Part shown: positions 26,634 to 30,394 of the stretch, piece after piece
Layout of the letters: every line of letters starts with the position of its first letter
How positions within the stretch are numbered: position 1 is the stretch's first letter
DNA from: Candidatus Omnitrophota bacterium
GTDB taxonomy: Bacteria > Omnitrophota > Gorgyraeia > JABMRG01 > JAFGKX01
DNA: 30,394 nt
Assembly (NCBI GenBank): GCA_020354945.1
Contig: CP070655.1
Coordinates: 570,417 to 600,810, forward strand
Direction of reading: 5' to 3'
Translations under genes and position numbers: made by a program
Notes under the pieces: model-generated
Database searches by the model: none
Seen by the model: only the letters and a program-made list of their open reading frames with translations
Told to the model about the DNA's origin: nothing

Positions 26634-27482
26634 ATGAAAAACTTTTTTAAGACAGCATTTCTTTTAACACTGCTTACATTATTACTTATATGGCTCGGGG
26701 CAGCTATTGGGGGAAGGGTAGGGGTTATAGTTGCATTCTGCTTTGCCCTGGTTTTAAATTTTGTAAGTTATTGGTATTCAGACAAGATAGTCCTGGCGAT
26801 TTATAGAGCGCAGCCAGCCCAGGAAGCAGAATTCCCTGTACTTTTCAGAGCAGTTTCAGATTTGGCCCACGCTGCCAGTGTACCCATGCCCAAGATTTAT
26901 ATAATACCTACGAAGACCCCTAATGCTTTCGCTACTGGGAGAGACCCTAATCATGCAGCAGTAACGGTTACCCACGGCATCTTGAGTATTCTTTCTGAGG
27001 ATGAATTGCGCGGAGTACTTTCCCACGAAATTGCCCATGTAAAAAACAGAGACATTCTCATTCAAACCGTAGTCGCTACCATAGCGGGGGCGATTTCAAT
27101 GATTGCCTATATGGCCCGATGGACAACTTTTTTTAGAGGAGGCAGAGGTAGTCGTGGTGGAAATATTATTGGTATTTTAGTTATGAGTATTATTGCCCCT
27201 ATCGTAGCGATGTTAATACAATTAGCTATTTCACGCACCAGGGAATACCAGGCAGATGAATCAGGGGCACGCATATCCGGTACGCCCCTTTCATTGGCCA
27301 ATGCATTAAGAAAGCTTACCATGGCTTCAAAGCGGATACCTATGCGAGGAGCAAATCCTAATACTGCCCATCTTTTTATAGTCAATCCTTTAAGCGGTTC
27401 TGGATTGGTTAGGCTTTTTAGCACCCATCCACCGCTGGAAGATAGAATAGCCAGGTTAGAGAAGATGGCCCAGGATGCATAA
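26634..27482 (+). CDS. htpX: Zinc metalloprotease HtpX (M48)
   Basis: Motifs [21 protein letters not shown] and FSTHP. The start is ATG 26634 after GGAGG. Confidence 0.95.
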   Translation: MKNFFKTAFLLTLLTLLLIWLGAAIGGRVGVIVAFCFALVLNFVSYWYSDKIVLAIYRAQPAQEAEFPVLFRAVSDLAHAASVPMPKIYIIPTKTPNAFATGRDPNHAAVTVTHGILSILSEDELRGVLSHEIAHVKNRDILIQTVVATIAGAISMIAYMARWTTFFRGGRGSRGGNIIGILVMSIIAPIVAMLIQLAISRTREYQADESGARISGTPLSLANALRKLTMASKRIPMRGANPNTAHLFIVNPLSGSGLVRLFSTHPPLEDRIARLEKMAQDA

Positions 27483-28707
27483 GAAGGTCTTTGAATACAT
27501 AGATTCTCGAAAAGGAGAATTGATAGAATTTACAAAGGAGCTGGTTTCCATACCTACAGTGAACCCTCCGGGTGAAAATTATAGCAAAATTTTGAAGATA
27601 TTAGAGCAAAGATGCAAAAGATTGAGGTTGGTAACTAAAAGAATAGTTGTGCCTAAGTCGGTGTTAAAAAGATATAAAATAGACAGCCGTGAAAAACGTA
27701 TATGCCTTTTAGCTAAATGGAATGTCGGTTCAAATAGAACCGTTCATATAAACGGGCATTATGATGTTGTTCCCGCAGGTGGCGACTGGCATACAGACCC
27801 TTTTAGACCGGTAGTAAAAAATGGACGAATCTATGGCAGGGGGACCGAAGACATGAAAGGCAATATTGCCTGTTACCTTATGGCTGTTTCTGCTTTAAGA
27901 AGATATAATTTAGAACCCGGATGTAATTTAGAATTTTCTTTTACTCCAGATGAAGAGATTGGCGGCGAGACTGGTTTTGGTTATCTTGTAAAAAATAAAA
28001 TCATAAACTCCGATTACGGTATAGGCGAAGGTTATGCCGGTAGATTCTTATCCTACGGGAACAAAGGCGTTTTATGGTTTAAGATAGAGGTAAAAGGTAA
28101 ATCTGCCCATGCCTCCAAGCCATATAAAGGAATAAATTCTTTTGAAAAGCTCGTTGCTGTTACGCAAGAGCTGATGAATCTTAACAAAAAAATATCTAAA
28201 CGCCGGACAGTTTATATGACCAGAGATAAAAGGGATAGATTTTCTACGATGGTTTTAGGCGGACGATTATGGGGTGGCGGCGAAACCAACATTGTTCCTG
28301 ATGTGTCCGGTTTTACAATTGACAGAAGATTTTTGCCTGAAGAAAATATAACAACAGTGAAGAGAGAGTTGTATGAATGCGTTAATAAAGCAAGGAAGCG
28401 GATGAAAGATTTAAAAGTAAAAATCAAAACTATAGTTGAACAGGATTGCGCTGTCTGCAATTTCCGGAATAAGCTATCAAATTCTTTTAGCAAAGCAATA
28501 AATCAGGCGTTAGTGAAAAAAGCGAAGTTCGCCATAATGGCCGGCGCTACGGATATGAGATTTTTAATGGAAAAGGGTATACCTTGTATAGGCTATTCTG
28601 CTGAGGGCGGCGGCCGCTGCCACGCTGACAATGAGTATATATGGGTTAAGAGTTTGCTTGATACTGCAAAAATTTTTGCGTATGTCTTTGCAAATCTGAA
28701 AGGATAA
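27475..28707 (+). CDS. M20 family metallohydrolase (ArgE/DapE-like)
   Basis: Motifs [23 protein letters not shown] and C-terminal HADNE. The substrate cannot be assigned. Confidence 0.85.
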   Translation: MHKKVFEYIDSRKGELIEFTKELVSIPTVNPPGENYSKILKILEQRCKRLRLVTKRIVVPKSVLKRYKIDSREKRICLLAKWNVGSNRTVHINGHYDVVPAGGDWHTDPFRPVVKNGRIYGRGTEDMKGNIACYLMAVSALRRYNLEPGCNLEFSFTPDEEIGGETGFGYLVKNKIINSDYGIGEGYAGRFLSYGNKGVLWFKIEVKGKSAHASKPYKGINSFEKLVAVTQELMNLNKKISKRRTVYMTRDKRDRFSTMVLGGRLWGGGETNIVPDVSGFTIDRRFLPEENITTVKRELYECVNKARKRMKDLKVKIKTIVEQDCAVCNFRNKLSNSFSKAINQALVKKAKFAIMAGATDMRFLMEKGIPCIGYSAEGGGRCHADNEYIWVKSLLDTAKIFAYVFANLKG

Positions 28708-28710
28708 AGA

Positions 28711-29898
28711 ATGAAAATGTTACCAAACAAAAAAGGTTATTTTGACATATACGGTGGTAAATATGTCCCGGAGACTCTAATGAGCGCTCTGGAGGAATTA
28801 GAGAAGCAATACAATAAGGCCAAGAAGGATGAAAAGTTTCAAAATAGGCTAAACTATTACCTTCGTCAATATGCAGGAAGGCCCACGCCATTATATTATG
28901 CAGAAAATCTAACCGGGATATGGAACAAAGCAAAAATATACCTTAAAAGGGAAGACCTCTGCCATACCGGCGCTCATAAGATTAACAATACATTGGGCCA
29001 GGGGCTTTTAGCAGTAAGGATGAAAAGGCCCAGGGTTATAGCTGAAACCGGCGCAGGCCAACATGGTGTTGCCACAGCTACTGTAGCCGCTATGTTTGGC
29101 CTAAAATGTGATGTATATATGGGAACGGAGGATATTAAAAGGCAGGCGCTCAATGTATTTCGTATGAAATTATTGGGGGGGAGGGTAATCCCAGTTAAAA
29201 GCGGCTCGTGCACTTTAAAGGACGCAGCAAATGAAGCCATCAGAGACTGGGTTACGAATGTCAGAGATACCTATTATATAATAGGTTCGGTAGTAGGACC
29301 TCATCCATATCCTATGATGGTAAGAGATTTCCAAACAGTCATTGGTAGAGAGGTAAAACAGCAGCTTAAAGCTATAGGAAAGGAGATTCCTGATTATCTC
29401 GTTGCCTGTGTCGGCGGCGGGAGTAACTCTATTGGTTTATTTCACCCATTTTATAAAACAAAAGCAAAATTTATTGGAGTTGAAGCAGCAGGCATTAGTT
29501 TAAAAAGCGGTAAACACGCAGCCACTTTAATAAAAGGAGAGTTGGGTGTGCTTCATGGCGCAAGGAGCTATCTACTGCAAGATAAGGACGGACAGGTAAA
29601 AATAGCCCATTCTTTAGCTCCTGGTTTGGATTATCCCGGAGTTGGCCCTGAACATTCATTTTATAAAAAGACAAAAAGGGCTGAATATGTAGCAGTTACT
29701 GATAAGCAATCTCTGGAAGCCTTCAAACTCCTTTCTGAAAAAGAAGGAATTATACCTGCCATAGAATCAGCTCATGCTATAGCATATCTTAAAAACCTTA
29801 TGCCTAAAACAAAAAAGGATGAGGTTGTGATTGTGTGTTTATCGGGCAGAGGTGATAAGGATATAGACATTGTGAAGAATTTAGGGGTTATTGAATGA
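28711..29898 (+). CDS. trpB: Tryptophan synthase beta chain
   Basis: Motifs HTGAHKINN (PLP lysine), [13 protein letters not shown] and LDYPGVGP. Confidence 0.98.
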   Translation: MKMLPNKKGYFDIYGGKYVPETLMSALEELEKQYNKAKKDEKFQNRLNYYLRQYAGRPTPLYYAENLTGIWNKAKIYLKREDLCHTGAHKINNTLGQGLLAVRMKRPRVIAETGAGQHGVATATVAAMFGLKCDVYMGTEDIKRQALNVFRMKLLGGRVIPVKSGSCTLKDAANEAIRDWVTNVRDTYYIIGSVVGPHPYPMMVRDFQTVIGREVKQQLKAIGKEIPDYLVACVGGGSNSIGLFHPFYKTKAKFIGVEAAGISLKSGKHAATLIKGELGVLHGARSYLLQDKDGQVKIAHSLAPGLDYPGVGPEHSFYKKTKRAEYVAVTDKQSLEAFKLLSEKEGIIPAIESAHAIAYLKNLMPKTKKDEVVIVCLSGRGDKDIDIVKNLGVIE

Positions 29899-30394
29899 AT
29901 AGAATAGATAAAAAATTTAAAGAATTGAGGAAGAAACGCAAAAAAGCGTTCATTGTCTACGTTTGCGCAGGGGATCCGGATATAGATACAACTGAAGACT
30001 TAGTAATAACATTAGAAAAATCCGGGGTAGATATAATTGAGTTGGGTATGCCATTTTCCGACCCTTTAGCAGATGGGCCGACTATTCAAGCTGCTTCAGA
30101 AAGGGCATTAGAAAAGGGTGTTAATCTTTATAAGATTTTCGCTTTAATCAAGAAGCTAAGAAGAAAAACCCAGATACCGATTGTTTTGATGGGATATTAT
30201 AACCCTGTCATAAAATATGGATTAAAGAGATTCGTTAAAGATGCAACAAAAGCTGGAGCAGACGGAGCCATTATACCGGATTTACCGGTAGAAGAAGCAG
30301 ATGAATTTATCAATCTATCAAGAAAATTTAAATTTAACACAATATTTTTAGCCAGCCCGACTACAACAGATAAGAAATTTAGAAAGGTTTCAAA
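29895..30394 (+). CDS. trpA: Tryptophan synthase alpha chain (runs off the window; not in the ORF track)
   Basis: ATG overlaps the trpB stop. My translation gives MNRIDKKF...AGDPD...[20 protein letters not shown]. Confidence 0.95.
   Translation, partial: MNRIDKKFKELRKKRKKAFIVYVCAGDPDIDTTEDLVITLEKSGVDIIELGMPFSDPLADGPTIQAASERALEKGVNLYKIFALIKKLRRKTQIPIVLMGYYNPVIKYGLKRFVKDATKAGADGAIIPDLPVEEADEFINLSRKFKFNTIFLASPTTTDKKFRKVS

Noticed and set aside
28605-28622. GGCGGCGGCCGCTGCC near-palindrome in the M20 gene
   Set aside because: It encodes the expected Gly-rich stretch before the metal-binding His, with no sign of extra length.
152-29240. Many antisense and alternative-frame ORFs in the track (e.g. 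2854-3453, 18478-18969, 22881-23405, 8429-8656)
   Set aside because: They overlap well-supported genes or the tRNA and have no recognisable motifs, so they are shadow ORFs.

Overview
AT-rich bacterial housekeeping region, almost all on the + strand. Gene order: tilS (3' part)-ftsH-folP-cdaA-cdaR-glmM-pdxJ-acpS-nnrD-tRNA-Thr(TGT)-rimO-pgsA-pgpA, then thpR and cinA on the - strand, then recA-degP-recX-alaS-hisD-hisB-hisA-hisI-trpE-G-D-C-F-htpX-M20 peptidase-trpB-trpA (5' part). Gene order and the AlaRS 'GPNGPCGPCSE' region suggest a PVC-superphylum organism, possibly Omnitrophota (inference only). I see no transposase, integrase, CRISPR array or rRNA. The unusual signal is below gene scale. Most intergenic gaps, and several coding regions, hold short palindromic or heptamer-repeat elements of about 12-90 bp from several families. 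Some sit in frame inside rimO, pgpA (twice), recX and possibly ftsH, and some are nested or have duplicated arms. Other oddities: one in-frame TAA in alaS, an apparent in-place inversion of cinA-thpR, a 25-bp stem with a U-tract upstream of recA, an nnrD stop codon inside the tRNA, and no hisH or hisF in the his cluster. All of this was read by eye with no searches run.
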